A stretch of DNA of 64,000 bases from Eledone cirrhosa. Lineage: Eukaryota. Shown here one piece after another: positions 61,005-64,000 of this stretch. The notes beneath the pieces are model-generated. The model did no database searches and was not told the DNA's origin. It saw nothing but the letters and a program-made list of their open reading frames with translations. The first letter of the stretch is position 1, and each line of letters begins with the position of its first letter. The position numbers and the translations under genes are program-made. The stretch lies in NCBI GenBank assembly GCA_964016885.1, contig OZ024742.1:197842001-197906000 (forward strand), in the 5' to 3' direction.

Positions 61005-61890
61005 CAAGGGGAGAGATTTGAACTCAGAATGCACACAGTCAGAACAGATATTTCAAAACATCCCATTCAACACTTTAACAATTCTGCCAATCCTGGATCT
61101 ATTGACCTTAAAAGGCAAAGTTTGACTTCGGCAGAATTTGAACTCAGAGCAGAGAGAGCCAGAACAAATACTGAAGTAGTTAATCCAATGTTATCATGAC
61201 TACATCAATTCACCACCTTCAGGTTTGTTGTTATTGTTATGAAGGTTAGAGACAGTAGCAGACATGGGATAGCAAGAGAGAGATGATTTAAATCTGCTAA
61301 AAGAACAAAGGATGAAGTTAAAATATATAAAAATCACTGAAAGATCTAATATGGAAATCTTTCAGATGAAGATTGAGGAATGAGAAATGTTTCATTGTCT
61401 TGTTGTGACTTTAACATTATTCCTGTACTACAATTACTGTATATACTCATATATAAGTTGCACTCTCTCTGTGTTTAGAATATCTTTGCTTCAGCTTTTG
61501 ATCCGTATATAAATCACATATTGCTTTTCATAAATAGTTTGCAACTCCACTTGCAACTGTGTTAAATTACAAAGAAAATATATAGTTACAATAATCCTAG
61601 TCATTGCCAGTGCACTCCAGAAAAGTCCCAGAACTAAAGACATACCTCTGTTGTTATGCCCAAAACAAACAGCTCAACTAGCAAGTTTAAATGAACCCTC
61701 CTAAATAACTGACAATATACATAGCATCTAGGCGGTGAATTCACAGTCGTTAGAATGTCGGATAGAATGCTTTGCCGTATTTGTTCCATCTCTTTGCTCT
61801 CTGAGTTCAAATCCTGCCATGGTCAACTTTGCCTTTCACCCATTTAAGGTCAATAAAAAAAGTACCAGTCTAGTACTTGGGTCAATTCTT
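61005..61890. mobile_element. Degraded SINE fragments (61005-61220 minus, 61730-61890 plus)
   Basis: CTGAGTTCAAAT...AACTTTGCCTTT motif in both orientations. Confidence 0.6.
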
Positions 61891-62619
61891 CTGTCTCTTT
61901 TTCTCTTTTCATTCTCTCACTTTCTATTATTTTCTAGAAGAAATCTGCTGTATTCAGGCCTGGAGAGATTTTAAAATGCCCTAGAAACGCATGTCAACAT
62001 GGCGCTCCTATGACTTCCGCAGGAGTTACAGAAAACTACACATTCAATTAGCACATATGGAAATTATTTTTATTTTCATGTGAGAATGAATGTATATTTG
62101 CTTACAGTGCTGATATTCATATAGGGTGAATCCTGACATGAGCAACTGATCCTACATACTGAAACATTTGTCTAGTGAGGTAAAGGGGTGTAGTACATGC
62201 TGCTGATTTCAAGCTCAGAGCAAGAACCAGTTGATAAGTTGCATGTGATTTTTTTCTATGAGTTTTTCCGTAAAAATTGGCAACTTATTTACAAGTATAT
62301 ACAATAAATATATGAGTTACAATATATATCAAAATTGGTACAATGGTCCAGTACTTGGAAAGTCAAAGAAAAGCTCATGGTTATCTGCCCTCCATCCCAC
62401 AAAAAGAAGAAAAAAACACAACCTCCTTGAATTTTTAGCTTCTCTTTCCCAACCAGGGTTTGAAAAATCTTGTACCAACTTGCATGCAACATTTCTCTTG
62501 GAGGCCCTGTATATTGAAACACACTGTCAAGTTTACTTTGGCTGAATATAGTTGCTGTAGTTGTTATAGTCATACATATAAAGTTTAATTGACCTCCTCA
62601 TATTAAATTCCTTGGGTGC

Positions 62620-62775
62620 TTTAATAATAGAGGCCCAAGTCCTATCATGAAAAGCAACATGAAATGAAGCATCTTGCTCAAGAAAACAATGTATAGGAAC
62701 CCAGTGTAGGAATCAAAGCCACAACCTTATGATCATGAGCCCAATACCCTAACCATTAGGTCATGTGCCTTCACA
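62620..62775 (-). mobile_element. Degraded tRNA-derived SINE
   Basis: Reverse complement TGAAGGCACATGACCTAATGGTTAGGG...TTCTTGAGCAAGATGC. Confidence 0.65.
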
Positions 62776-64000
62776 TGAAGTAATATAATAGTAATGAATA
62801 AATAAATATATAACTAAATATAAAAATTAAAGTGGAAAGAAAAGAATGTTGGTTAATAACCATTTTTACAAGCCACCACCACTACCACCCTCTATAAAAA
62901 AATGCATGATCTGAGAGAAAATATGAACAGACAGCTGGTTAAGCATCAACAATGATGCACTGCTGAACAAAATCTGCACAAGACCAAGAAAAAGAGAAAG
63001 AAAAGGCAGAAGAAGAAAAAAAATGAGTGAAGAGAAAAGGAATGAGTTAAAAGCAGTTGGCACAATCAAGTCCAATTTTCATCATCATAAGAATTGCATG
63101 ATTTTAAAGAAGAGTTAGGGTTTATTAAAGGATCGAAGAAGCATGAGATGGTGTGGATGTAATGTAGTCAGCCAGCTAAGCCAAGATTTGCAGGAGTTGA
63201 AAGAGCAAGGAATGAAGTCAAAATTCTATTCTAATACACAAGTATTCTTCTTTTTTTTTTTTTTTTTATTACTGATTTCAGGCATTAGTCTGTGGCCATG
63301 CTGGAGCACTACCTTGAAAGGATTTAGTCATTCATATCATGCCAGTACTTATTTTTTTAGGTTTGCTACTTATTTTATCAACCTCTTTTTTTTTGTCAAG
63401 CTGCAGGGTTACAGGACATAAACAGAGATACAGACATACACAAGGACAAACACACATATATGCATATCATCACCACCACCATGACATTAAATGCTGGTGA
63501 TAATATATATATCTATCTTGTTCCTGTCTTTTATTTCTCATCTATGTACCTTTTTCTTTTCTCTCCCATTCTACCTTCTAATGAAGGACTAACATCCAAA
63601 ACATTAAGACTTTTTCCCAACTATATCAAGTGTTAAATTAATGTATCATCATTGTATTATACTGTTCTGTGTTATTTTTCCTTGTTGACTTTTCTTAAGT
63701 GTGTGTGTGTATCAGTGTTTTGCTTTGCTACAACATAATAAATCGCCCATTGGTTGCCCAAGTGAATGTCCAATTCATGAATTAATGTGTAAGTGGTTAA
63801 GTATTCCTCAGACACATATACCCTTAATTCTTTAGCATTTAAACCAGCCGTATCCAGCCAGAATTCTCTTACTTCCGTCTATTCATACTGGATGTAACCA
63901 GCTGCTCATACTTATGTTAAGGTGTTGTTCTCAAAATAAATAATATCAAAATCTCATAGATTCAATATTATGTAAGATAAAGTGTTTACCATGAAAATAC

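Overview
AT-rich animal genomic DNA. The (TA)n/(CATA)n arrays, RTE LINEs with (GAT)n tails and tRNA-head SINEs suggest an octopus or other coleoid cephalopod (inferred, not verified). Two short minus-strand exons (54944-55048 and 8732-8793) splice in frame into a peptide resembling the N-terminal region of CRTC/TORC, so most of the window is probably intronic, with ~46 kb between them. The interval holds two near-identical CR1/L2-group LINEs with intact ORF2 in inverted orientation, several RTE LINEs (a young family A, an older family B), a Penelope-like remnant, an internally deleted Gypsy element, hAT/piggyBac/Helitron-type non-autonomous elements, SINEs and kb-scale TA/CATA arrays. The best candidate for an undescribed system is the CR1/L2-type LINE: both copies sit in TA/CATA arrays, ORF1 has two CCCH zinc fingers, and ORF2 has no AUG before its endonuclease domain but overlaps ORF1 in the -1 frame across two canonical slippery heptamers. 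Other highlights are hammerhead-like motifs, a chimeric RTE 3' UTR, a SINE nested in its apparent partner LINE, and large inverted TE pairs predicted to form dsRNA in the pre-mRNA. The long Y/I/M/C/H/T-rich ORFs are microsatellite artefacts.
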